Source: Gemmatimonadota bacterium | Lineage (GTDB): Bacteria; Gemmatimonadota; Gemmatimonadetes; Gemmatimonadales; GWC2-71-9 | NCBI GenBank assembly: GCA_039588295.1 | Contig: JBDHAB010000002.1 | Span: forward strand, 32,001 to 96,000 | Reading direction: 5' to 3' | Length of the DNA: 64,000 bases | Part shown: one piece after another, positions 1-8,140 of the stretch | How the letters are laid out: each line of letters begins with the position of its first letter | Position numbering within the stretch: position 1 is the stretch's first letter | Program-made: the position numbers and the translations under genes | The notes under the pieces: generated by a model | Seen by the model: only the letters and a program-made list of their open reading frames with translations | Databases searched by the model: none | Told to the model about the DNA's origin: nothing

Positions 1-65
1 GCAGGTATGACGGACGTGGAGCTGCTACTGCGGCCGACGTGAGCGCTGCACAGCCCCAGGGCCAG

Positions 66-2696
66 TCAGTTGCCGTACTCCTCTAGCAACCGCTGAAACC
101 GCGGGTGGCCGCGCAGCAGATTCCACGTGGGGTCGACTCTGAGCATTGCAACGGACGTGGGTGAGGGAACAGCCAGCAGGATCTCCAGTTGGTCAATAGC
201 GGCGTCGTACTCGCCCACCGTGGTGTAGATACGCGCCAGGTCTTCAGCCCTGTAGGCGCCCATATAGGCTTCCTTGCTCATGGGAAGTAGCTCAACAGCT
301 GACTCACCTTCGCGGATCGCATCCTCCCTGCGACCGAGACCAGCATAGGCGATGCCCAGAGCACTCCGGTACCGAGAATCATCGGGGCGCTGCTCCACCC
401 TGGCCTCGAGAACGGAGCGCGCCGAGTCATAGTAGGCTTGTTCGAGCTGCCGGCTCCCCATGAGACCGTAAATCTCGGCATGAAGCTGGGCCTTCGGCAC
501 AAAGCGGTCTTGAAAGTCGACCACGAATTCGGACGAGATCGAGGCAAGCCTGTCGAGCGCTTCCTCATAGTCCCCATCCCATATCTTGAGCAGAATCCAC
601 GAATACACGATGCCGACGTCCTCTCCAATGCCGGCCCGTTCAGCCTCCTCCAGCACTAGTGCTGCCCTTTCCGCGCTGCCTTCCAAGCGGAGGTGCAGAA
701 ACGCTGCCTTGTTTCCATAGGGGGCGGCCCAATCAGGCGTCAGGGAAATGGCGCGGTCATAGAAGCGTCCTGCCTCCGTAGGGTTGCGCAAGAGGAAGTA
801 GGTTTCCGCAACCTCGTTGACCCTAACCGCAGAACGCGGGTCAAGCTCTGTAGCCTTCTTGAAGTTGGCCGCTGCCTCTTCGAACTTCCCCTGCCGCCGC
901 TGCACGGCAGCGATGCCGAAGAAGAGCTCGCTGTTGTTGGGCTGGCCTTTCCGCGCAATCGCAAACTCGGCAAGGGCAGATTCATAGTCGAGCTGACCCT
1001 GGTAATAGTAGAACGCCAGAGCCCAATGTGCTTCCGGTAGGTCGGGAGCGAGCCGCAAGGCCTGGTCCACCGCTTCCTTTGCAGCTGTCACACGCTGTTC
1101 GGTCCGGTCGTAGACCAACCACCACATCCTCATATGGGCCCGGCAGAGCCGAGCATATGCCAACGCGAAATCCGGGTCCAATCGGACCGCATTCTCGTAC
1201 ATTAGGACGGAGGCCCGAGTCGTCTGCTCATCGGCGTTACGATGGAAGTAATCATGGCCCCGCAGGTAGTAGTCATACGCCTCCAGGTTGTCCGTCGGCC
1301 TTGCAGCCAGGCGTTGACGCTCAGGCTCGAGCAGGGTCACATCCAATGCCCCAGCCACCCGCTCAGCGATTTCCGCTTGGACGCGGAAGATATCGCCCGC
1401 CGCGAGTTCCACAGTACCTGGCTCCGACCACAAGGGCGCATCGTCTGAGACACGGATGAGCTGCGGGATGATACGGACTTGATCGACACCATCGGGCACA
1501 CGATCCACTCGCACCGTACCCTCGAGCACATAGTCCACGCTCAGCTCAGCCCCGATCTCAGGGAGCGTCATCTCGTGGTCCTTATACTGCATCGCACTCG
1601 TGCGGGAGATGACAAAGAGCCCACTAAGGTTGGACAGCCGACTTATGATCTCGTCCGTCAATCCGTCGGCAAACTGTTCGTCGTCCGGTGAGCCAAGGTT
1701 CTCGAACGGGAGCACGACGAGCCTTGGCGGACCCTCGGGCTCTGCGCTGAATGGCCACGCGACCAGCATCAAGATTGCCACCAGAGCGACAACCCCAATC
1801 GAGACGAGAACCGGCACGGTCAGTTTGCGTCTCGCCGGGGTGCGGTGTGTGGCAACACTCAGCCGTTCTACGCTCAGCACCTCACCGAACTGCGCCGCCG
1901 TGCCGAAGCGATCGGCTGGCACCTTGGCCAAGGCCTGTTCGACAGCAACCTCGACGCTCGTTGGCACACGCCCCCGCACCACCGAAATGCGCGGCGTCGC
2001 TTCACTCAGCTTCTTCGCGACAATCGCTTGCGCGCTCGGGCCGGTGTACGGCGGCTCACCCGCGAGCATTTCATACAACACACAGCCCAGTGAGTAGACA
2101 TCACTCCTTCCGTCGAGCTTGTCCGCTCCGCTTGCTTGCTCGGGACTCATGTACGCGGGGGTACCGATGCTGATGCCCGTTTCGGTCAGATGCTCACCAC
2201 CTGCCTCGGTAATGGCCCTGGCAATGCCGAAGTCGGCAACTACTGCTTCACCCGCCGAGAGCAATACGTTCTCCGGCTTGATGTCGCGATGGATCACATC
2301 GTGGCTGTGGGCATAGCTCAGGGCCGCTGCTACTTCACGAGTAATCTGCAAGGCGTCGTCGAGTGGCAGTTGCCCTTCCCGATTCATCCGGCCCCGCAAC
2401 GTCTCGCCCTCGATGTAGGGCATGACGTAGTACAGGAAGCCGTCGGCTTCACCCGAATCGTGGAGCGGCAGGATGTGAGGGTGCGTGAGGTTTGCGGTCA
2501 CTTCGACTTCGCGGAGGAACCGCTCGGCGCCGATGGCTGCGGCTAACTCAGGGCGCAGGACCTTGATCGCTACCTGGCGATGATGCTTCAGGTCCTCGGC
2601 GAGGTAGACCGTTGCCATCCCACCACGGCCCAACTCCCGCTCAAGAGTGTAGCGGTCGGCAAGGGCGATTTTGAAGCGGTTGAGATCGTCGGCCAT
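66..2696 (-). CDS. Hanks-type Ser/Thr protein kinase with TM helix, TolB-like domain and TPR repeats
   Basis: LGRGGMATVY, VAIKVL, HRDIKPEN, DFG and GTPAYMSPEQ motifs; hydrophobic helix; RLVVLPFENL TolB-like motif; TPR helices. Confidence 0.95.
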   Translation of the reverse strand: MADDLNRFKIALADRYTLERELGRGGMATVYLAEDLKHHRQVAIKVLRPELAAAIGAERFLREVEVTANLTHPHILPLHDSGEADGFLYYVMPYIEGETLRGRMNREGQLPLDDALQITREVAAALSYAHSHDVIHRDIKPENVLLSAGEAVVADFGIARAITEAGGEHLTETGISIGTPAYMSPEQASGADKLDGRSDVYSLGCVLYEMLAGEPPYTGPSAQAIVAKKLSEATPRISVVRGRVPTSVEVAVEQALAKVPADRFGTAAQFGEVLSVERLSVATHRTPARRKLTVPVLVSIGVVALVAILMLVAWPFSAEPEGPPRLVVLPFENLGSPDDEQFADGLTDEIISRLSNLSGLFVISRTSAMQYKDHEMTLPEIGAELSVDYVLEGTVRVDRVPDGVDQVRIIPQLIRVSDDAPLWSEPGTVELAAGDIFRVQAEIAERVAGALDVTLLEPERQRLAARPTDNLEAYDYYLRGHDYFHRNADEQTTRASVLMYENAVRLDPDFALAYARLCRAHMRMWWLVYDRTEQRVTAAKEAVDQALRLAPDLPEAHWALAFYYYQGQLDYESALAEFAIARKGQPNNSELFFGIAAVQRRQGKFEEAAANFKKATELDPRSAVRVNEVAETYFLLRNPTEAGRFYDRAISLTPDWAAPYGNKAAFLHLRLEGSAERAALVLEEAERAGIGEDVGIVYSWILLKIWDGDYEEALDRLASISSEFVVDFQDRFVPKAQLHAEIYGLMGSRQLEQAYYDSARSVLEARVEQRPDDSRYRSALGIAYAGLGRREDAIREGESAVELLPMSKEAYMGAYRAEDLARIYTTVGEYDAAIDQLEILLAVPSPTSVAMLRVDPTWNLLRGHPRFQRLLEEYGN

Positions 2697-2748
2697 GAGA
2701 CAACTAAGATGTGACTTCCACTACAGCTGCGCGAGGTTCCCTTGAGCT

Positions 2749-2801
2749 TGGGGCCCTACTGGGCCCCACCGCCACACGGGCCGCCCTGAAGAGCGGCCCG
2801 T
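2749..2801. terminator. Two GC-rich inverted repeats 3' of the tRNA (possible terminator or protein-binding sites)
   Basis: TGGGGCCC-tact-GGGCCCCA (2749-2768) and ACGGGCCGC-8nt-GCGGCCCGT (2776-2801); no clear U-tract. Confidence 0.4.
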
Positions 2802-2840
2802 TGAGAGTAGGAACTCGTTGAGGGCACGTACTAATCCAAG

Positions 2841-2913
2841 TGACCGGGCTGGGGCTCGAACCCAGGACCTACGGATTAAAAGTCCGTTGCTCTGCCAACT
2901 GAGCTACCCGGTC
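2841..2913 (-). tRNA. tRNA-Lys (anticodon UUU), CCA not encoded
   Basis: Minus strand folds as a cloverleaf: acceptor GACCGGG/CCCGGTC+A, D-arm GCTC/GAGC, anticodon arm ACGGA-CTTTTAA-TCCGT, T-arm CTGGG-TTCGAGC-CCCAG. Confidence 0.97.
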
Positions 2914-3004
2914 ACGCTTCGGGAAAGGTCGCTAGCCCGAGTGGGAAGGACAAGATGAGACGGGGCAAGTTACGCGCTGGCGCCACGGGTACACTCAGTT
3001 TCCG

Positions 3005-3190
3005 CGGGGTTTTCCCTCGAAAAATGCGACCGTAGTCACTCTCGAGTGGGCCTCCACCGACGTGTGCTTCCCTCGTAAAACACGGGTCTTCTCCAGGAGG
3101 CTCCTGATCTCATCGTGCGATTTCCCCTCGACGGACAGCCGTGTTTCCGAGGGGTGCCGGGTTGGGAGATTGCGATTTCCCCTCGGAAAA
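3005..3190. repeat. Four copies of a TT(C)CCCTCG motif spaced 55-56 bp apart
   Basis: CCCTCG core at 3014, 3070, 3125 and 3180; identical 15-mer TGCGATTTCCCCTCG at 3116 and 3171. Confidence 0.75.
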
Positions 3191-3194
3191 AGGC

Positions 3195-3222
3195 TTGTTT
3201 CCCTGGGAGAAAGTCTTACTTT
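3195..3222 (+). promoter_or_regulatory. Candidate sigma70 promoter of the H1-like/SWIB gene
   Basis: TTGTTT-N16-TACTTT, about 55 nt upstream of ATG 3277 (RBS GAGG at 3268). Confidence 0.4.
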
Positions 3223-3276
3223 GGGGGGCGTACAGGGGCTGGTCATCCTCCATTCACGACCTTCTCTGAGGTTCAC

Positions 3277-3811
3277 ATGGCGAAGAAGAGACGCAAGACG
3301 AAGAAGAAAGCCACGAGAAAGAAGAAGGCCACGAGGAAGAAGAAGGCCACCAGGAAGAAGAAGGCTACCAGGAGAAAGAAGGCCACGAGAAGGAAGAAGA
3401 CCGCAAAGAGGAGAGTGAAGAAGAAAGCGGCGAAGAGGAGAAAGAAGGCTACGAGAAGGAAGAAGGCTACGAGAAGGAAGAAGGCAGAAGAAGGCTACGA
3501 GAAAGAAGAAGGCCACCAGAAAGAAGAAGCCCGCTAAGAAGAAGCGGGCGAAGCGGAAACCCAGCGCGGCTTTCATGAAGCCGGTGACGCCCGATGCCAA
3601 GCTCGCCGCTGTCGTCGGGTCGACTCCACTGCCGCGGACACAGCTCACCAAGAAGCTGTGGGCCTACATCAAGCGGCACCGGCTGCAGGACGCCAGGAAC
3701 CGCCGCATGATCAACGCGGACGCGGCGCTGAAGGCGGTCTTCAACGGCAAGTCCCAGGTGAACATGTTCGAGATGACCAAGTTGGTGAACAGGCACCTGA
3801 TGAAGAAGTAG
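3277..3811 (+). CDS. Histone-H1-like Lys/Arg-rich repeat protein fused to a SWIB/MDM2 domain; frameshifted at about 3486
   Basis: MAKKRRKT(KKKATR)n in frame 1; continues in frame 2 as KKATRKKKATRKKKPAKKKRAKRKPSAAFMKP..LWAYIKRHRLQD..FEMTKLVNRHL (SWIB signature). Confidence 0.85.
3301..3523 (+). repeat. Coding 18-bp tandem repeat (K/R-K-K-A-T-R)
   Basis: Units such as AAGAAGAAGGCCACGAGG and AAGAAGGCTACGAGAAGG; one truncated 10-nt unit at 3478-3487. Confidence 0.9.
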
Positions 3812-3900
3812 CAACGGCCGCGACGCAGTCGGCTGTAGCCGTTGAGGCAGGTTGTAGTGGTAGTTGGTGTTTCCTAGCAGGCCCAGTATTCCAGCCCCGC

Positions 3901-3947
3901 TTTGGGGGGTCGGCGCGCCCGCCGGCCCCCAAGAGGCCCCCCCCAAA
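3901..3947. terminator. GC-rich hairpin downstream of the SWIB gene
   Basis: TTGGGGGGTCGGCG-cgcc-CGCCGGCCCCCAA (3902-3932), followed by a second CCCCCCCAAA tract. Confidence 0.45.
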
Positions 3948-4084
3948 CAAGACGCTTCGCCTGCCTCGTTTCGTATCACAGCGACTCGTTTTGGTGCGGT
4001 CTTACGCAGCGTGACCGGCATCACCCGCTGCATCAAGTCGCTGTCAGGATTGTCGTTAGCTCCGTGGGGTGCCGATGGACCGAA

Positions 4085-4099
4085 CGGCACCCGCCTTGC
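4085..4099 (+). promoter_or_regulatory. Sigma54 (-24/-12) promoter of the lipoprotein-activator-TPR operon
   Basis: CGGCAC-CCGCC-TTGC with GG-N10-GC spacing, about 80 nt upstream of ATG 4177; a sigma54 activator gene lies in the same cluster. Confidence 0.75.
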
Positions 4100-4176
4100 G
4101 AATTGATGGCCCCGGAACGCTCGCCCGCTCTGGGCAGCAAGGACTGGAACCGAACGACAACGTGGAGGATGGATTC

Positions 4177-4950
4177 ATGAAACGCATCGCACTGACCCTG
4201 ACAGCCGCTCTCGCTCTTGCGGCGTGCTCCGACGGCGCGGGCCCGGGTGGGCAACCCGGCGTGTCGCTCTCATTCTCGACACGCGCCCCCGGCGCCCAAC
4301 CGACCGCTGGCTTCTTCGCAAGCGTGATGGCGGACACACTGATGGACGGGCAGAACGAGCTCATCATTACGCAGGTCGAGATCGTGCTGCGCGAGATCGA
4401 GCTGAAGCGGCAGGAGGCATTTGCTTGTGACTCGAGCTCCAGCTCCGGCGTCGACAACGACGATTGTGAGGAGTTCGAGGTCGGTCCAACGCTCGTAGAT
4501 CTTCCGCTGAACGGCACCACGGAGACCATGGTTACGATCGACATTCCGGTGGGAGCCTACGACGAACTCGAATTCGACTTCCACAAGGTCAGCAACGACG
4601 ACCCTGAGGACGCCGCTTTCCGGGCGCAGCATCCCGATATGGTCGGCAAGAGCATCCGGGTCCGTGGTACGTTCAACGGCGACGACTTCACCTTTGAAAC
4701 GGACCTGAACGTCGAGCAAGAGTTCGACCTCGTCCCGCCACTCGTAATCGACGATGCAACGGTCTCGACCAACGTGACCGTGCTGGTCAATCTGGCTCGG
4801 TGGTACCAGGACGGGTCGGGCACGCTCCTCAACCCTGCCAGTGGCAACAAGGGTGGCGTCAACGAGAGCATCATCACAGAGAACATCAAGCAGTCTATCG
4901 AGGCCTTCGAGGACGAAGACCGCGACGGTGACGATTCGGATGAGAGCTGA
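4177..4950 (+). CDS. Acidic lipoprotein of unknown function (DUF4382-like beta-sandwich), paralog 1
   Basis: RBS GGAGG; MKRIALTLTAALALAAC lipobox; shares LREIELKR, CEE.EVGP.LVDLPL and KSIRV.GTFN with the next gene. Confidence 0.85.
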   Translation: MKRIALTLTAALALAACSDGAGPGGQPGVSLSFSTRAPGAQPTAGFFASVMADTLMDGQNELIITQVEIVLREIELKRQEAFACDSSSSSGVDNDDCEEFEVGPTLVDLPLNGTTETMVTIDIPVGAYDELEFDFHKVSNDDPEDAAFRAQHPDMVGKSIRVRGTFNGDDFTFETDLNVEQEFDLVPPLVIDDATVSTNVTVLVNLARWYQDGSGTLLNPASGNKGGVNESIITENIKQSIEAFEDEDRDGDDSDES

Positions 4951-5028
4951 GCCTCAGCCACGCTCGATGGAAGACCGCTGCGCGTGCTACATTGCACGCG
5001 TAGCGGCTTCCACGAGTTGGAGATTCTG

Positions 5029-5778
5029 ATGAAGCAGATAGGAGTTGTGCTGGCACTGGCCGGCAGCGTGGTCCTCTCGGCATGCAGCGATCCCACCAAC
5101 CTCGAGCTCAAGGGCGGTGTGGCGGTGTCGTTTGCGACCCGAAGCCCTGCCCCGAGCGCACCGGCGCTCACTCCAGCCGTCGCACTCGATGACACCATCA
5201 TCGGTGGCACCGACACCTTGATCGTTACCCGCGCTCAAGTCGTGCTACGCGAGATCGAGCTCAAGCGGCTCGAGACGGCGGACTGCGACGTGGAGCCCGA
5301 GCCGGCCGGCTGCGAGGAGGTCGAGGTGGGACCGGTGCTCGTTGACCTACCGCTCGTGCCAGGGGCCGAGCAACAGTTTTCAGTCGAGATTCCGACCGGA
5401 ACCTATACCCGGATCGATTTCGAGGTGCACAAAGTCGGTAATGATCCCGAGGATCTCGCGTTTCTCGCCCAGCACCCTGAGTTTGCCGAGAAGAGCATCC
5501 GTGTGGAGGGAACGTTCAACAGCCAGGCATTCCTCTTCGAGAGTGACTTGGATGTCGAGCAAGAGATCGATCTGCAGCCGCCGATGCTGCTCGCCGAGAA
5601 CACGAACACCAACGTGACGATCTTTGTGGAAATCGATACCTGGTTCCGCGATCAGGACGGGACGCTGGTCGATCCCGCGACCGCCAACAAGGGCGGTCCC
5701 AACGAGAGTGACGTCAAGAACAACATCCAAAACTCGCTGAAGGCGTTTGAGGACCCGGATGGCGACGGCTTGGACTGA
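5029..5778 (+). CDS. Acidic lipoprotein of unknown function, paralog 2
   Basis: RBS GGAG; MKQIGVVLALAGSVVLSAC lipobox; colinear similarity to 4177-4950. Confidence 0.85.
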   Translation: MKQIGVVLALAGSVVLSACSDPTNLELKGGVAVSFATRSPAPSAPALTPAVALDDTIIGGTDTLIVTRAQVVLREIELKRLETADCDVEPEPAGCEEVEVGPVLVDLPLVPGAEQQFSVEIPTGTYTRIDFEVHKVGNDPEDLAFLAQHPEFAEKSIRVEGTFNSQAFLFESDLDVEQEIDLQPPMLLAENTNTNVTIFVEIDTWFRDQDGTLVDPATANKGGPNESDVKNNIQNSLKAFEDPDGDGLD

Positions 5779-5801
5779 ATGTCACCGGGCGGGCTCACGC
5801 G

Positions 5802-7127
5802 ATGAGTGACCGCCCCGCAATCGCGATCGTCCCGCTCTCGGAATCCTTCCGCCGAGCGTGGGATGACATCGCTGCCGAGGTGGGCGCCGATGCCGTCGAA
5901 CTCCAAGAGGCGGCGGCTCCTCCGGCCAATACCGTCGTCGTGATCGTGGCTGCCGGCGGGGAGGAAGACCGTGCGCTCGACATGGTGTCCGGCATCCAGC
6001 GCCCTGCGGGGGTTCCCCTCTATCTGGTCGGCGCCAAGGCCTCTCATCGGTTTGCCGTCGAGGCCCTGCGCCGTGGCGCCACCGACTACTTCGCGTTCCC
6101 CCAAGACCTCGACATCCTGCGGCGGAGCGTCGGCTCACGAGTGGATGCCGCGAGGGAGCGGTTCCGTCCAGCCGACGGTGAGGCAACCCGTGACACCTTT
6201 GAAGCACTCCAGGGGCAGAGTGACGCGCTCAACAGCGTGCTCGAGGCGGCCCGCCGCGTGGTGCGCCATGCGAGTGTGACGGTGCTGATTCAGGGGGAGA
6301 CCGGCACCGGCAAAGAACTCTTGGCTCGGGCGCTGCACGAAGGAAGCCCGCGGAGTCAGGGGCCCTTCGTGGCGGTCAACTGCGCCGCGATTCCGCGAGA
6401 GCTCATGGAGAGCGAGCTCTTCGGACACGAGCGCGGGGCGTTTACCGACGCGCACGCCGCCAAGCCGGGACTGTTCGAGGAGGCGCACCGAGGCACGCTC
6501 TTCCTCGACGAGATCGGGCACCTGCCGTTGTCGCTCCAGGGGAAGCTCCTTCGTGCGCTCGACGACCGTCGGATTCGTCGGGTTGGCAGCACCCAGAGCC
6601 GGGAGATCGACGTCCGGATCATTACGGCAACCCATGTCCAACTCGACGAAGCCGTGCGGGAAGGTGGATTCCGCGAGGATCTCTACTATCGCATCAACGT
6701 CGTGACGTTGACGCTGCCCCCACTCCGCGAGCGGGCTGCCGACATCGATCTCCTCGCAGGCCACTTCGCCGAGCGACTCGCCGCTCGGTACGGCCTGCCG
6801 GCACCACGCATCACTCCCGAGGTTAGCACCGCGCTGCGGGGTTATCGGTGGCCCGGCAACGTACGGGAGCTCCAACATTCGGTCGAGCGCGCGTTATTGC
6901 TTTCCGACCCCGGGACGCTCAACCCCGCGCACCTGACGCCACAGGCACCACCCGCCCGCGCCTCCTCTGGGGGAGCCATTCCGTTTCCGGCCACGGTCGA
7001 CGAGATCCTCGCGGCTGCGGCGCGCGCCGCGATTACGCAGTACGGGGGTAACAAGACGGCTGCGGCACGGCAACTCGGGATCTCACGTGCCAGACTCCAA
7101 CGCCTGCTCGAGCGCGGTGAGGCATGA
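5802..7127 (+). CDS. Sigma54-dependent transcriptional activator (Fis family) with a degenerate receiver-like N-terminus
   Basis: GETGTGKE Walker A, ESELFGHERGAFTDA, TLFLDEIG, FREDLYYRINV, WPGNVREL, C-terminal GNKTAAARQLGISR HTH. Confidence 0.95.
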   Translation: MSDRPAIAIVPLSESFRRAWDDIAAEVGADAVELQEAAAPPANTVVVIVAAGGEEDRALDMVSGIQRPAGVPLYLVGAKASHRFAVEALRRGATDYFAFPQDLDILRRSVGSRVDAARERFRPADGEATRDTFEALQGQSDALNSVLEAARRVVRHASVTVLIQGETGTGKELLARALHEGSPRSQGPFVAVNCAAIPRELMESELFGHERGAFTDAHAAKPGLFEEAHRGTLFLDEIGHLPLSLQGKLLRALDDRRIRRVGSTQSREIDVRIITATHVQLDEAVREGGFREDLYYRINVVTLTLPPLRERAADIDLLAGHFAERLAARYGLPAPRITPEVSTALRGYRWPGNVRELQHSVERALLLSDPGTLNPAHLTPQAPPARASSGGAIPFPATVDEILAAAARAAITQYGGNKTAAARQLGISRARLQRLLERGEA

Positions 7128-8140
7128 TGATGACCGGACCGCCGCATTCCGCCGACTTCGACGATCCCCTCGTGAACGCTCGACGAGCGGTCAACGTGAG
7201 TCGGTTCCAGGATGCCTGGACGGAACTGAATCGCCTCCCCGAGCCCGTGCGGACGTCACCCGAAGGTCTGCTGCTCGGTGCGATGGCGAGCTGGCGGCTC
7301 GGCGAGTTCGTGCGCAGCCGCACGGCCGCACTGCAGGCGCGCGATGGGTTTCGGGCGCGCGGCGACACCGACGGCGAGATGCGCGCCGAGAACGTCGCCG
7401 CAGCCGGCGCGTTCGCGCTGGGCAACATGGACGAGGCCGAACGCGGTTTCACCCGGGCGCTCTCCCTGGCCGATGAGCTGGGGGACGATCTCATGATGGC
7501 GCGCTGCGCGAACAACCTTGGCAACGTCGCCTACTACCGGTCCCGCTACGAGAGCGCACTGAGCTTCTATCGTCTGGCGACCGCCAATTTCGAGAAGCTC
7601 ACGTTTTGGAAGGGATTCGCCGAGAGTTGGCTCAACTCGGCAATCGTGCTGCACGACGCTGGATCGTTCGAGGCCTCACGGGAAGCGGGTGCACGCGCCG
7701 TCGAGGCAGCCGAGCGTTCCCGCGATGAGCGGGTACTGGGACAGGCGCTGGCAGCGCGCTCGGAGGCCGAAGTCGCGCTTGGAGATCTCGCACTGGCACT
7801 GGCACAGGCCACACGGGCCCTGGCGCTCGCCCAGTTGCACGAGCATGTGGTTGGTGAGGCGGACGCACTCCGGATCCTGTCGGTGATCGCGCGACTCAGG
7901 GGCCAGGCCGATCATGGAGAGGCGTTTGGGCGACGGGCGCTCGAGATCGCCCAGCGGGTAGGTGATCCGTGGCGACGTGCTGAGATCCAACGCGACCTGG
8001 GAACGCTCTACGCGGCCGTTGGCCGCGCGCGGGATGCCGCCGCGGCGTTCAGCGACGCCGCGAGGGCGTTTGACGCCCTGGGTGCGGAGTCGCGCGCCGC
8101 CGCAATGCGCGAGCAGGCGGCGGCAGCGAACCAGAGCTAG
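7124..8140 (+). CDS. Cytoplasmic TPR-repeat protein
   Basis: ARCANNLGNVAYY and AEIQRDLGTLY TPR helices; ATGA overlap with the activator stop. Confidence 0.85.
   Translation: MMMTGPPHSADFDDPLVNARRAVNVSRFQDAWTELNRLPEPVRTSPEGLLLGAMASWRLGEFVRSRTAALQARDGFRARGDTDGEMRAENVAAAGAFALGNMDEAERGFTRALSLADELGDDLMMARCANNLGNVAYYRSRYESALSFYRLATANFEKLTFWKGFAESWLNSAIVLHDAGSFEASREAGARAVEAAERSRDERVLGQALAARSEAEVALGDLALALAQATRALALAQLHEHVVGEADALRILSVIARLRGQADHGEAFGRRALEIAQRVGDPWRRAEIQRDLGTLYAAVGRARDAAAAFSDAARAFDALGAESRAAAMREQAAAANQS

Noticed and set aside
3005..3190. Regularly spaced repeats considered as a CRISPR array
   Set aside because: The conserved part is only 6-15 nt and degenerate, with no 23-47 nt repeat and no cas genes; kept as a regulatory array instead.
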